Shown: positions 9,986-20,986 of the stretch, piece after piece | Layout of the letters: every line of letters starts with the position of its first letter | How positions within the stretch are numbered: the first letter of the stretch is position 1 | Assembly: GCA_964554365.1 (NCBI GenBank) | Contig: CAZKOJ010000004.1 | Span: 469 to 64,468, forward strand | DNA length: 64,000 nucleotides | Source: an uncultured Clostridium sp. | GTDB lineage: Bacteria > Bacillota > Clostridia > Clostridiales > Clostridiaceae | Reading direction: 5' to 3' | Notes under the pieces: model-generated | Databases searched by the model: none | Told to the model about the DNA's origin: nothing | The model's input: the letters and a program-made list of their open reading frames with translations, nothing else | Program-made: the position numbers and the translations under genes

Positions 9986-10861
9986 TTAAGGTATTTTGGA
10001 AATGTCTGATAACATTTTGCAATATTTTTTTGGCGAAAGTCCAAACATCTTTTTAAATGCCCTTACAAAATTAGAATAGTCTCCAAAGCCACATTCTAAA
10101 CAGGTTTCTGTTATGTTTTTTCCATTTTGTATTAATGAATTAGACATAACAAGCCTTTTTTGAAGTATATAACTATGAATGGTATATCCAGTTTGCAGCT
10201 TGAACTTATGCATAAGATAATATTTGCTCATAAAAAATTTAGAAGAAAGAGTATCTATAGATAAATGTTCACTTAAATTGTCATTTATATAATTTAAAAC
10301 ATTACTAATGCTTTCATCATATTCAATATCTACCAACTGTTTATTATTCTCCATTCCTAAAAATAATCTATTAACATAAATTATAAATTGTAAAAATATT
10401 GAGTTCTTAAGTATTTCACATCCAAAGTCATTATTTTTACAAGCATCTTCTATTGAAAAAAGTAAGTTTTTTATGTTTAAAAGCCACTGACCATCTAATC
10501 TTAATAAATTAAACTTTTGTTTTGAAGCTAGTTCAAAGCAAGATAAAAGGTTACATCCATTGTTATGTTTTATTAAAAAATCTGAATTAACCCAAATAAT
10601 TATACGTTCATAAATACTATCATGCGCTATTATGGCCTTATGTATATCATTATTGTTTACAAGAAGTATATCCCATGGCTTTAGTTTATAAGACTTACCT
10701 TCTATAAGATAAGTTACATCACCAGATATAAAAATCACTACTTTATTAAAATTATGATAGTGAAATTGAAATTCTGTATGCTCTTTATCCTTTAAGTGAA
10801 ATATCTGAAAATCTCTTTTCAAATAGCCTCTTTTTATTTTTAAACTTTCATTTTCTATCAT
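9986..10861 (-). CDS. AraC family transcriptional regulator with N-terminal cupin domain
   Basis: FHYHNF cupin; C-terminal SKYYLMHKFK...CGFGDYSNFVRAFKKMFGLSP double HTH. Confidence 0.92.
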   Translation of the reverse strand: MIENESLKIKRGYLKRDFQIFHLKDKEHTEFQFHYHNFNKVVIFISGDVTYLIEGKSYKLKPWDILLVNNNDIHKAIIAHDSIYERIIIWVNSDFLIKHNNGCNLLSCFELASKQKFNLLRLDGQWLLNIKNLLFSIEDACKNNDFGCEILKNSIFLQFIIYVNRLFLGMENNKQLVDIEYDESISNVLNYINDNLSEHLSIDTLSSKFFMSKYYLMHKFKLQTGYTIHSYILQKRLVMSNSLIQNGKNITETCLECGFGDYSNFVRAFKKMFGLSPKKYCKMLSDISKIP

Positions 10862-10908
10862 ATAACTACCTCCATTTTTAGATTTTAAAGTACTTAATTA
10901 TATGCTAT

Positions 10909-10971
10909 AGCAGTTTTTGCAATGTTTCAAGCATTTTTAGCAATAAATATAGCAAAAAATTAGAATATAAT
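10909..10971 (+). promoter_or_regulatory. AraC-type direct-repeat operator and -10 box
   Basis: AGCAgtttttGCAAT (10909), AGCAtttttaGCAAT (10930), AGCAaaaaat (10951) at exact 21-bp spacing; TATAAT at 10966 with no consensus -35. Confidence 0.6.
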
Positions 10972-11020
10972 GATTATGTAAGAATGCAAAAAAAATCACA
11001 ATATGACTGGAGGTATGGAA

Positions 11021-12277
11021 ATGAAATTATTCTTTAAAAATTATAAATCTTCTATTATATTAATATGTTCCATAATTATAGGTGGAATTCTAGGTCTTAT
11101 TTTAGGTCCCAAAACATCTATACTTAAACCCTTTGGAAATTTATTTCTGAATTTAATGTTCATGATAATAACGCCACTAGTATTTTTTAGTGTTACTTCA
11201 GCTATAGCTAATATGAGTGGTATGAAAAGACTTGGAAAAATCATGGGGAATATATTTATAGTATTTACATGTACAGCTCTTATAGCTGCTGTAATTGGAA
11301 TTTTAGGTGCTTTCATAATGAATCCTGCAAAGGGTATAGATTACTTAGCTATGAAAAGCATGGTAGGTGATGCGGGAGACACTGTCCAAAAAGCTAAACA
11401 AGTTGGAATTTTACAGCAGCTTGTAAATACCATTACTGTTACAGATTTTGTGGCTTTATTTTCTAAAAGTAATATGCTACAACTTATTGTATTTTCAATA
11501 ATTTTTGGTGTTTCTACAGCTATGGTTGGAGAAAAAGCGCAGCCAGTTGCTAAGTTTTTATCAGCAGGATCAAATGTAATGATGAAGATGGTAACTATTG
11601 TAATGTATTATGCACCAATAGGTCTTGGCTGTTATTTTGCCACTGTAATAGGAGAGCTTGGTCCTCAAATACTTCAAGGATACTTGAGAGTATTCATACT
11701 TTATATAATTCTTACAGTAGTTTATTATTTTGGATTTTTTACTATTTATGCTTTCATAGCTGGTGGTAAAGAAGGAGTGAAGATTTTTTGGAAAAATGCT
11801 GTAGCACCATCAGTAACAGCTATTGCTACATGTTCCAGTGCTGCATGTATTCCTACTAATCTACAATCTACAAAAAATATGGGAGTACCAGATGACATAG
11901 CTGAAACTGTAATTCCTCTTGGAGCTAATATCCATAAAGATGGTTCTGTATTTGGGGGAGTTATGAAAATTACTTTCTTATTTGGTATATTTGGAAGAGA
12001 TATGACTAGTGTTTCAACCATACTAGGTATTATAGTAGTATCCTTTCTAGTTGGTGCTGTTATGGCGGCTATTCCAAGCGGAGGTATGATTGGTGAAATG
12101 CTAATACTAAGTATTTATGGATTTCCACCAGAAGTATTACCAATAATTGCTGTTATAAGTGTAATAATAGATGTTCCAGCAACTTTGTTAAATTCTACTG
12201 GGAACACCGTATGTGCTATGTTAATAGGGAGGCTAGTGGAAGGAAAAAAATATATACAAAAGAGCATTGCTAGTTAA
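11021..12277 (+). CDS. Dicarboxylate/amino acid:cation symporter (DAACS family)
   Basis: ATCSSAACIP, IPLGANIHKDG, TLLNSTGN motifs; multiple TM segments; RBS GGAGGT. Confidence 0.9.
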   Translation: MKLFFKNYKSSIILICSIIIGGILGLILGPKTSILKPFGNLFLNLMFMIITPLVFFSVTSAIANMSGMKRLGKIMGNIFIVFTCTALIAAVIGILGAFIMNPAKGIDYLAMKSMVGDAGDTVQKAKQVGILQQLVNTITVTDFVALFSKSNMLQLIVFSIIFGVSTAMVGEKAQPVAKFLSAGSNVMMKMVTIVMYYAPIGLGCYFATVIGELGPQILQGYLRVFILYIILTVVYYFGFFTIYAFIAGGKEGVKIFWKNAVAPSVTAIATCSSAACIPTNLQSTKNMGVPDDIAETVIPLGANIHKDGSVFGGVMKITFLFGIFGRDMTSVSTILGIIVVSFLVGAVMAAIPSGGMIGEMLILSIYGFPPEVLPIIAVISVIIDVPATLLNSTGNTVCAMLIGRLVEGKKYIQKSIAS

Positions 12278-12387
12278 ACAGATTTATTAGTATCAGGTGG
12301 GGGTTTGAATCCCATCTGATGCTTAGAAATAGTTATCCAGGGACGTAGCTCGCCCTTTACTATTAGAGCGGATAGTCATGGGATAAA
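12275..12387 (+). repeat. Structured dispersed repeat, copy A (short loops)
   Basis: TAAACAG...ATCAGGTGG..CCATCTGAT..TTAGAA..TTATCCAGGG.CGTAGC...GGATAAA; shares blocks with the copies at 16193 and 21555. Confidence 0.8.
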
Positions 12388-12388
12388 T

Positions 12389-12444
12389 AGAAGGGCTCGA
12401 TGATATTATGGTTTTACCATAATATCTACCGAACCCTTCTTTTA
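12389..12444. terminator. Long hairpin terminator between convergent genes
   Basis: AGAAGGGCTCG..GATATTATGG / CCATAATATC..CGAACCCTTCT followed by TTT. Confidence 0.7.
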
Positions 12445-12472
12445 TGTTAACGGAGGTTATAATATTTTAAGG

Positions 12473-13894
12473 CTATCTGGCTTCATTAAGTAATTTTCTA
12501 TAGGCTGGTTTAACAGCTTTTTTACTTTGAAATTCAACATATCTGTCATTAAGAGAAGCCATAGCTTTTTTCATATAAAACACTCCCGTAATTGCAGATA
12601 TTAAATCTGAAGCAGGATGGGCAATCCATGCGCCCATAACACCTGAAAATTTAACTAGTATTAAAAGTATTGGAATAAATATAAGAAGCTGTCTGTATAT
12701 GGATAGTACAAAAGAAAGTCTAGCTTCTTCTATTGCTTGATAGTAGTATATAGCTACAAAATAAGGTGCTATACATGGGAAAATAGAGATTACTATTCTA
12801 AATGCTATTACAGCTTCATTTAATATATCCTTTTCTTTTACAAAACTTCCTATTACTTGAGGTGCTAAAACAAGCATTACAATCCATATTATTATGGAGG
12901 TAATAGAGACGGCAATTGTAGACTCCTTAACAATTTCTTTTAATCTCTTATAATTCTTCGCACCATAGTTAAAGGCTACCATAGGTTGCATAGCAGAAGT
13001 TATTCCTATAATGGTTATATACATAAACATGGATACCTTAGTTATGATTCCCACTATAATTATGGCAGTATCGCCACCTTCTGCAACTAGAAGATTATTT
13101 AAAATTATAGCTACCACAGCATCAGATATTTCCACAATAAAAGTAGAAAAGCCTACGCACAGTATAGATAGGATTATACTTTTATTAAAAGTAAAGCTAA
13201 AGGATAAATTCAGTTTCTTATTTAGCTTTAATAAATAATGGAACATATATATAGCTGATATAGCTTGAGATACTACAGTAGCAATGGCTGCACCTGAAAC
13301 ACCAAAAGATAACACAATTACTAATATATAATTTATTATTATATTACATACAGCACCTATAGAAGTAGCTACTAAATTAGCTTTAGCATTTCCAAGGGCT
13401 ATCATAATATAACCTACAATAACTGTGGAACATTGGAACAATCCACCTAAAATCACAATACTAACATATTGGTCAGCATAAGAAAAAATAGTGTCTGTTG
13501 CACCTAAGTGGGTTAGGATGAAGCTTTTGAAAACATATATAAGCATTATAATTATTGAAATACCAACAATCATAATGGATAAAGCGTTGGTTATTATCTG
13601 ACCTACCTTTTCATGATTTTTTTCTCCTAAACTCCTAGCTACGAAGGTAGAAGCTCCTACTGCAATCAAAAGTCCTATAGATATTATAAGTCTTTGAATA
13701 GGGAAAGCTATAGTTAAAGCACCTATGGCTGTGGCACCGATAGCTCTTCCTACAAATATGGTATCTACCATATTGTAAAGTTCTGCAACGAATAAGGATA
13801 TTATAGCTGGTATGGCAAATTTCAATAGCACTTTACTTACTTTTCCTGAAGAAAAGTCTGAGCTATTAGAAATATTCTTTGTGTTTAAAGCCAT
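12473..13894 (-). CDS. MATE family efflux transporter (MepA-like)
   Basis: LYNMVDTIFVG, FPIQ, QPMVAFNYGAKNYKR, RQLLIFIP; about 12 TM; start placed at ATG 13894 after AAAGGTGA. Confidence 0.9.
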   Translation of the reverse strand: MALNTKNISNSSDFSSGKVSKVLLKFAIPAIISLFVAELYNMVDTIFVGRAIGATAIGALTIAFPIQRLIISIGLLIAVGASTFVARSLGEKNHEKVGQIITNALSIMIVGISIIIMLIYVFKSFILTHLGATDTIFSYADQYVSIVILGGLFQCSTVIVGYIMIALGNAKANLVATSIGAVCNIIINYILVIVLSFGVSGAAIATVVSQAISAIYMFHYLLKLNKKLNLSFSFTFNKSIILSILCVGFSTFIVEISDAVVAIILNNLLVAEGGDTAIIIVGIITKVSMFMYITIIGITSAMQPMVAFNYGAKNYKRLKEIVKESTIAVSITSIIIWIVMLVLAPQVIGSFVKEKDILNEAVIAFRIVISIFPCIAPYFVAIYYYQAIEEARLSFVLSIYRQLLIFIPILLILVKFSGVMGAWIAHPASDLISAITGVFYMKKAMASLNDRYVEFQSKKAVKPAYRKLLNEAR

Positions 13895-14054
13895 AATTAT
13901 CACCTTTATATCCTTTCTGTAATTTAATTTTTTACCGTATAATATAATTATAGTGTAAAAAAACGTACATTACATTGACTTAAATGCTCAATAAAAGGTA
14001 TAAAACTGTTTACTTAAGTAAATGTTATTTTATGTAAATAAGCAAAAAAGCACC

Positions 14055-16127
14055 TTAATAAAGATGCTTTTGTACTTTTTTTAGTATTATGAGAACGGCC
14101 CCATAACCCTGTACTTTAGGAATTATATTATAAATATTACTTTTTTTTGCATAGCTAAAAGATATTTTAGGGAAAGACGCATTACTTAAAAGTTCTAGTT
14201 CATCTTCTGTAAGTCTTTTAGGTTTACCCGTTTTAACCCAATAATCATAAGCAGAAGCTACTTTTTCATTTATCTCATATCTTACTACTTTATAATCATA
14301 AAATAAGTTTGATATATTTAAAGAAAATTTTCTTTCAGCAGTATTTTTAATCCCTCTTCTTTTTAACATGTCCTGAAACATTATCAGGTTGGATATTTCA
14401 TCACTATAACTGCACAACAGTATTTGTATATCTTCCCCCATTTTTGTTACTATACATCCATCATCTTTATATATAAGCTTATTTCCCAGTTTTGATAGAA
14501 AATAATAAGCATAGTAGGAAGGTTTTTTTATACCATTTTGAGTTATAAGGGCAGAATCACCGAAAAACAACTCATTAGAAATGTTCATAGTATAATTTAT
14601 ATTATCAAAAGCTTTAAAATATAATTTATTTTCTTGTATAAAGTTTTGTATTATATAGGGTATCATATAGCAAGTGTCATATATTGAATCACTTTTCAAA
14701 TCATTAATTTCGTAACTAACTAGCTGCATATAATCTTCTAAAAGTTCTTCTATAGTATCTATATTTTCTTTAGTAAACTCACCTTTAACTTGAAATCGCC
14801 ATTTCCCCAGCTCATAATCTCCAAATTCTTCTCTAAAGTAATATATGAAGCTGTTCAAAATATCCAATAACTTATCATACTCTATAGTATCTTGTATTAC
14901 TATAAAAGGTCTTAAATCTATAGAAATTAAAAATTGTATAAGGTTTTTTACATCACTCCAATTGAAAAAATTACTTTCCTTTGAACATATTACTCCCATA
15001 TCTATTGAAAATACTTCATATAACATAGCATATTTAAAGTCTACATCTTTTTGTATGTTAATTAAAAAATTTCTATGGGATTCCTTTAAAAGATCTTTAG
15101 CCTTTCCCATATTTATTATTTCCATAAAGTCATGATTAAAGTCTTCACCTTCTAGTGAAGCATCTATGTTTAATTTTATTATTTTATTTTCATAATTGAA
15201 TCTATCATAATCCTCTAAATATATTGAAATATATTCTAAGGTATCTTTTATATCTAGTATAGTAAATTTTTTTAGTTTTTCTAAAGCTATATCATCTATT
15301 TTATATTTCTTCCTATATTGAAGAGGTGTACATTTGTAATGCTTTTTAAAATGTTTGTTAAAATACCTGCTGTGAGAAAAACCTAATTCATCTGATATTT
15401 CTGATATGCTTTTATCTGTATCTAAGAGGAATTTTATGGATTCTTCCACTCTGGTTAAATTTAAAAGATCTTTAAAACCATAGCCCATAGTATTTTTTAT
15501 TTCGTGAGATAGATAATCAGAACTTAAATATTCTCTTTTAGCTATATCTTGAAGGCTTATTTTATCCTTATAATTGTTATATATATATCGTACTATTCTA
15601 TCATATCTTTCAAATTGCTCTTCATTTTCCTTTAAATTATCTTTTTCATATATAAGTTGATGAAAGTTATTTATAAGATGATATAAAAGATCAACTAAAG
15701 TATCTTCAATGTAATCTTCATATTTATCCTGTTTTTGTATAGCCTCACAGGCTAATATGGATAGATATGATCTGAGTATACAGTACTTTTCTTCCTCTTG
15801 AGCTCCCGTTTCTGAAGAATTAGTATAGAAAAAAACATTTCGTATTCCCTTAAAGTATTTTTCAAAAAAACTTGGTTCTATATGAAAAGATAGCACTCTA
15901 TTTTCTTCATCATTACTTTGTATACTGTGTGCTTCATCAGAATTTATTATTTCTATTTCTCCTGGATATACCTCGTAGTGACCTGCGTCTAAAGTTATAT
16001 TTATAACTCCCTTTAGCACGAATAGTATTTCTATAGAATCATGCCAATGAATGGGATATTGTAAAATATTTATTAAAGACATTGTAATAGGCAAGTCAGC
16101 GAGATAAGTTATGTATTCTCTTCTCAT
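14055..16127 (-). CDS. AraC family regulator fused to a degenerate GH39 (beta-xylosidase-like) C-terminal domain
   Basis: HWHDSIE cupin, central GFSHSRYFNKHFKK HTH, C-terminal FFGDSALITQNGIKKPSYYAY...SAYDYWVKTGKP GH39-like motifs. Confidence 0.8.
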   Translation of the reverse strand: MRREYITYLADLPITMSLINILQYPIHWHDSIEILFVLKGVINITLDAGHYEVYPGEIEIINSDEAHSIQSNDEENRVLSFHIEPSFFEKYFKGIRNVFFYTNSSETGAQEEEKYCILRSYLSILACEAIQKQDKYEDYIEDTLVDLLYHLINNFHQLIYEKDNLKENEEQFERYDRIVRYIYNNYKDKISLQDIAKREYLSSDYLSHEIKNTMGYGFKDLLNLTRVEESIKFLLDTDKSISEISDELGFSHSRYFNKHFKKHYKCTPLQYRKKYKIDDIALEKLKKFTILDIKDTLEYISIYLEDYDRFNYENKIIKLNIDASLEGEDFNHDFMEIINMGKAKDLLKESHRNFLINIQKDVDFKYAMLYEVFSIDMGVICSKESNFFNWSDVKNLIQFLISIDLRPFIVIQDTIEYDKLLDILNSFIYYFREEFGDYELGKWRFQVKGEFTKENIDTIEELLEDYMQLVSYEINDLKSDSIYDTCYMIPYIIQNFIQENKLYFKAFDNINYTMNISNELFFGDSALITQNGIKKPSYYAYYFLSKLGNKLIYKDDGCIVTKMGEDIQILLCSYSDEISNLIMFQDMLKRRGIKNTAERKFSLNISNLFYDYKVVRYEINEKVASAYDYWVKTGKPKRLTEDELELLSNASFPKISFSYAKKSNIYNIIPKVQGYGAVLIILKKVQKHLY

Positions 16128-16143
16128 AATTTTCCTCCTAAAA

Positions 16144-16387
16144 TTTATCCGCTTCTAGCATTCAGGTAAAGTGAAAATTTCACCTAAAAATGTTTATCCG
16201 ATGTCTATCACCGCTAATACCCCAACTTATAGAAGTTGTGGATAAGCGGTGCTACGACCCTGGATAACGGTTTCTAAGCTTCAGATGGGGGTAAAATGTC
16301 GAAATGGGATTTAACAAGCAAATTATTATTAATTTACTCTGGAGTCGAAGACAAAAAACTCCATCTGAAGCCAAGAATCCTGTTTAT
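16144..16387 (-). repeat. Structured dispersed repeat, copy B (16193-16387, opposite orientation) preceded by a collapsed partial copy (16144-16190)
   Basis: TTTATCCGATG.CTATCA..TAATACCCC..GCTACG.CCCTGGATAA..TTCTAAGCTTCAGATGG...CTCCATCTGAAGCCAAGAATCCTGTTTAT. Confidence 0.8.
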
Positions 16388-16641
16388 ATTAAATATTATA
16401 TCATACACGGAACTGTGTTATTTTTTCAAATACAATATCATAGGAGTATATGATAATATGACAATAAAAAAAATTAATTATGCAGTATAATTCACACTTC
16501 TTAACTTATATTTCATATATCATGCAATATACGCATAAGTACTATTGTAAAGTTTCATATGTTTATGATAAAATTTAAATATAAACTTTCAAATTAATTG
16601 TAGAGATGTATAATTTTATAAATATTCAAGAGGTGGAAAAA

Positions 16642-18015
16642 ATGCTTTATTTTACTTTATTAATAATATTGGTAACATCTCTAATGTTTAACTACATAAA
16701 TATAAAGGAAAATTATAAATTAAAAAAATCAAATAAAGGATTAAAACTTCAAAGAACATACTTTGAAGAACTATTAGAAAATTCAACAGATGGAATCCTT
16801 ATTCTTGATAATAAGGATAGAATCATGAGTTCAAATAAAGCATTTGAAAGGCTTTTTCAATATAAATCAGATGAAATAATAAATTCCTTTGTAAATGATA
16901 TTATTGCAGGACCAGAAATAAAGGATGCTTTTGAACTATCCAATATAGTTATGAACGGTGATAATGTTAGTGCAGAAGCCAAGCGAAAAAGAAAAGATGG
17001 AGTTCTTATAGATGTAAATATACTTGCTTTTCCAGTGATGCTTAATACAAATCAAATTGGAGTATATGCAGTATATAAAAATATCACTGATAAGAAGGAA
17101 GCGGAGAGGGCATTAGAGTTACAGAGGACTTATTTTAGACAACTTTTTGAAAATTCACCAGAAGCAATATGTATAATAGACACTAAAGATAGGTTCATTG
17201 ACGTAAATTATGCCTTTGAAAAACTTTTTGGATATACTAAATATGAACTTATAAATTATTCTATAAATCAGCGAATTGTTCAAAGTGATTTAGTTTGTGA
17301 AGCAAGTAAAATTTTAGAAAATGTTATGGATGGAAATGTTATAGAATATGAAACTATAAGGATGAGAAAGGATAAAACAGCTGTAGATGTGTGTATTCTT
17401 GGTTATCCTATAATTTTTCAAAGTAAGCAAATAGGTGTGTTTGGAATATATAAAGACATAGCACAGCGAAAAAAAATAGAAACAGAACTAACGTATATAA
17501 GTACGCATGATGGGCTTACTGGTTTGTACAATAGATCTTACTTTGAAAAGTCACTAAATAAATATGATAAAGAAAAATCAGAAAAAATAGGTATGATAGT
17601 TTGTGATGTGGATGGCTTAAAACTTGTAAATGACAACTTAGGACATGATTTTGGTGATAAATTACTTACTTATATAGCTAATATAATCAAGGACGTTTGT
17701 TCCATTAATAACTGTATTGCATCAAGAATTGGTGGAGATGAATTTGTAATAATTTTAAATGATTGCTGTAAAGATGAATTAGAAAAGTTAAATGAATGGC
17801 TAAAAAAAGCTATAAATGAATTTAATCTAACTGATTCTGATTTATATTTGAGCATTTCTACAGGAACCGCTTACATGGGAGAGAAAATTAAACCTATAAG
17901 AGAACTTTTTATAGAGGCTGATAACAATATGTATCAGTATAAAACCTGTAAAAAACAATACAGTATGGAAAAAATAATGTATAAAGTAGTTTCTAAAATT
18001 ACTGAAGCAAATTGA
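16642..18015 (+). CDS. Membrane-anchored PAS-PAS diguanylate cyclase
   Basis: N-terminal TM, two PAS/PAC repeats, HDGLTGLYNR, SRIGGDEF; start placed at ATG 16642 after GAGGTG. Confidence 0.9.
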   Translation: MLYFTLLIILVTSLMFNYINIKENYKLKKSNKGLKLQRTYFEELLENSTDGILILDNKDRIMSSNKAFERLFQYKSDEIINSFVNDIIAGPEIKDAFELSNIVMNGDNVSAEAKRKRKDGVLIDVNILAFPVMLNTNQIGVYAVYKNITDKKEAERALELQRTYFRQLFENSPEAICIIDTKDRFIDVNYAFEKLFGYTKYELINYSINQRIVQSDLVCEASKILENVMDGNVIEYETIRMRKDKTAVDVCILGYPIIFQSKQIGVFGIYKDIAQRKKIETELTYISTHDGLTGLYNRSYFEKSLNKYDKEKSEKIGMIVCDVDGLKLVNDNLGHDFGDKLLTYIANIIKDVCSINNCIASRIGGDEFVIILNDCCKDELEKLNEWLKKAINEFNLTDSDLYLSISTGTAYMGEKIKPIRELFIEADNNMYQYKTCKKQYSMEKIMYKVVSKITEAN

Positions 18016-18085
18016 CCAAGCTTTAAACACTTATTTTAAAATATATAGTAATGCTTTAGAATAGTGAAAATTGCATATAACATAT

Positions 18086-18122
18086 AAAAATCCCTCACTT
18101 ATTGTATAGTGTGGGATTTTTA
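18086..18122 (+). terminator. Intrinsic terminator
   Basis: AAAAATCCCTCACT / AGTGTGGGATTTTT. Confidence 0.65.
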
Positions 18123-18484
18123 TATATTATAATGTTTATTTAAGTTCTAAACTTGTTATTAACTTAGCTTTATTATATAAATCGTTAACCTGATTACATA
18201 ATTTAATTGTCACATCTACATAATTTAGTTGCACATAATTAAAATTAGTTAAATATTTTTAAAAATAGAATAAATCGTATATAATATGGAAAATCATGAA
18301 AAATAAAGTCATTTAATAAATTATAACATCATAAAATTACATTAATTTTCCTATATATTTTGGAAAAATATAGTTCAATTATAAAAAATAATGTATATTT
18401 ACTCTTAACACTATAATTCCTAGGAAATACTAGGATTTTATAGAATTTAATTTAAAAATGGTAAGATACAATTAATAGTACCAT

Positions 18485-18513
18485 TTGACTGTGAAAAGAT
18501 GATATTCTAGAAT
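18485..18513 (+). promoter_or_regulatory. Probable sigma-A promoter of the fdhF cluster
   Basis: TTGACT-17 bp-TAGAAT, about 110 bp upstream of the start codon. Confidence 0.55.
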
Positions 18514-18623
18514 GTTTACGAATGTACATTTTTTATAGTAATAAATTTTTATTATAGAATTCTTGTATAGTAAGGTCTGAAATTAAATTTTATACTTTAC
18601 AAAACAAAGGAGTGAAACATAAA

Positions 18624-20765
18624 ATGGAAGAGAAGATATTAACTGTGTGTCCATACTGTGGCGGAGGATGTCAATTATACCTAGTAGTTGAAAATGGACA
18701 AATAGTTAGAGCTGAGGCTGCCGATGGAAGAACAAATGAAAAAAATTTATGTCTTAAAGGATACTATGGATGGGATTTTCTAAATGATCCTCAGCTTTTA
18801 ACGTCTAGATTAAAAAAACCTATGATAAGAAAAAATGGAGAATTAGAAGAAGTTTCATGGGATGAAGCTATTCAATTCATTGCAGATAGATTGATTGTAA
18901 TAAAGGAAAAATATGGACCAGATGCTATTATGGGAACAGGTTCTGCTAGAGGTCCAGGAAATGAAGCTAATTACATAATGCAAAAATTTATGAGAGCTGT
19001 AATTGGTACAAATAACGTAGATCATTGTGCTAGAGTTTGACATGCTCCATCAGTAGCCGGTCTGGCTTACTCATTAGGAAATGGTGCAATGTCTAATTCA
19101 ATACCAGAAATAGAAGATACAGATTTATTATTTGTATTTGGATATAATGCAGCAGATTCACATCCAATTGTTGCAAGGAGAATAGTTAGAGCAAAAGAAA
19201 AGGGTGGAAAAATTATTGTAACTGACCCAAGGATAACTGAAACAGCTAGAATTTCAGATTTATGGCTACCTATAAAAGGTGGAACAAATATGGCATTAGT
19301 TAATGCGTTTGGAAATGTATTAATTAATGAAAATCTTTATAATAAAGAGTATGTTGAAAAATACACTGAGGACTTTGAAGAATATAAAAAATCTGTAGAT
19401 AAGTATACTCCAGAGTATGCAGAGAACATAACTGGCATTCCAGCAAATGATATTAGAAAAGCTATGAGAGAATATGCTAAAGCCAAAAATGCTATGATTC
19501 TTTACGGTATGGGAGTTTGTCAATTTTCACAAGCTGTTGACGTAGTTAAAGGTTTAGCATCACTTGCTCTTTTAACAGGTAACTATGGAAGACCATCAGT
19601 AGGAATAGGTCCAGTTCGTGGCCAGAACAATGTACAAGGTACTTGTGATATGGGAACACTTCCAGATGTATTTCCAGGATATCAAAGCGTTACAGATACT
19701 AAAGTAAGAGAAAAATTTGAAAAGGCTTGGGGAGTTAAGCTTCCAAATAAGCCAGGATACAAATTAACAGAGGTTCCTCATTTAGTATTACATGATAAGA
19801 AGATTAAAGCTTACTACATTTTTGGAGAAGACCCAGTACAAAGCGATCCAAATGCTGCGGAAGTTAGAGAAACTCTAGATGTATTAGATTTTGTAATAGT
19901 TCAGGATATATTCATGAACAAAACAGCTCTTCATGCAGATGTAGTTCTTCCAGCTACGGCTTGGGGAGAACATGAAGGAATTTACTCATCTGCAGATAGA
20001 GGATTCCAAAGATTTAGAAAAGCAGTAGAGCCAAAAGGAGAAGCAAAACCAGATTGGCAGATTATATGTGAAATAGCTACTGCCATGGGGTATCCTATGA
20101 GCTATAAAAACACAGAAGAAATTTGGGATGAGATGAGAAGCCTTTGCCCAAGTTTTGCAGGAGCAAGCTACAAGCATATTGAGGAACTTGGAAGTATCCA
20201 ATGGACTTGTCCTACAGAAGATCATCCTGGTACACCGTATTTATATGAAGGCAACAAGTTTAGTACTCCTAGCGGAAAAGGAAAATTATTTGCAGCTGAA
20301 TGGAGAGCGCCAGGGGAATTGCCTGATGAGGAATATCCACTTAGTTTATCTACAGTTAGAGAAGTAGGTCATTATTCAGTAAGAACTATGACTGGTAACT
20401 GTAGAGCTTTAAAGGAATTAGCTGATGAACCAGGTTATATCCAAATGAGTCTTTATGATTCACAGATTTTAGGAATAGAGGAGGAGGAACTAGTAAGAGT
20501 AACGTCTAGAAGAGGAAGTATAATTACTAGAGCTTTAGTTACAGATAGAGTAAAAAAAGGAGCTACGTTCATGACTTATCAATGGTGGATAGGTTCTTGT
20601 AATGAATTAACAAGTGATTATGTAGATCCTATTACAAAAACTCCAGAATTCAAATATTGTGCAATTAAAGTTGAAAAAATACAAGATCAAAATTGGGCAG
20701 AACAATACGTAAAAGATTCATATACTAAACTTAAAAAGCAAATGAAAGTTGAATCAGTGCAATAG
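18624..20765 (+). CDS. fdhF: Selenocysteine-containing formate dehydrogenase catalytic subunit (Mo/W-bis-PGD), 713 aa; joins track ORFs 18612-19040 and 19089-20765
   Basis: CPYCGGGC...C [4Fe-4S] motif; active site DHCARV-U-HAPSVAGL with in-frame TGA at 19038-19040; both track ORFs share one frame; PVRGQNNVQG. Confidence 0.95.
19052..19071 (+). promoter_or_regulatory. Bacterial SECIS element
   Basis: Hairpin AGTAGCC-GGTCT-GGCT(T)ACT starting 11 nt after the UGA; apex resembles the E. coli fdhF SECIS (GCAGGTCTGC). Confidence 0.85.
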
Positions 20766-20819
20766 ACAAGGGATAATTAACAATTGTAAATTGATAATAA
20801 TATATTTGGATGTTTTGAC

Positions 20820-20867
20820 TAACCCATAGATTTCTAACACTAAAATTGTTGAAGAGTCTATGGGTTA
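20820..20867 (+). other. Intercistronic stem-loop after fdhF (mRNA stabiliser or partial terminator)
   Basis: TAACCCATAGA / TCTATGGGTTA 11-bp perfect arms with further internal pairing; no + strand U tract. Confidence 0.55.
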
Positions 20868-20986
20868 AAAAACGCTATAATTAATATTTTATACTTTGCT
20901 AACTTTTGACAAATCAGCTATGGACGGATATGCTATAAAAAGTGAAGCTGGTAACTATTATAAATATAAAATAGGAGAGGTTTTAA

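Noticed and set aside
16296-16490. 64-aa ORF
   Set aside because: Starts inside repeat copy B and has no recognisable protein features.
18612-20765. fdhF as two genes or a nonsense pseudogene
   Set aside because: The TGA is at the catalytic Sec position, the frame is continuous and a SECIS follows.
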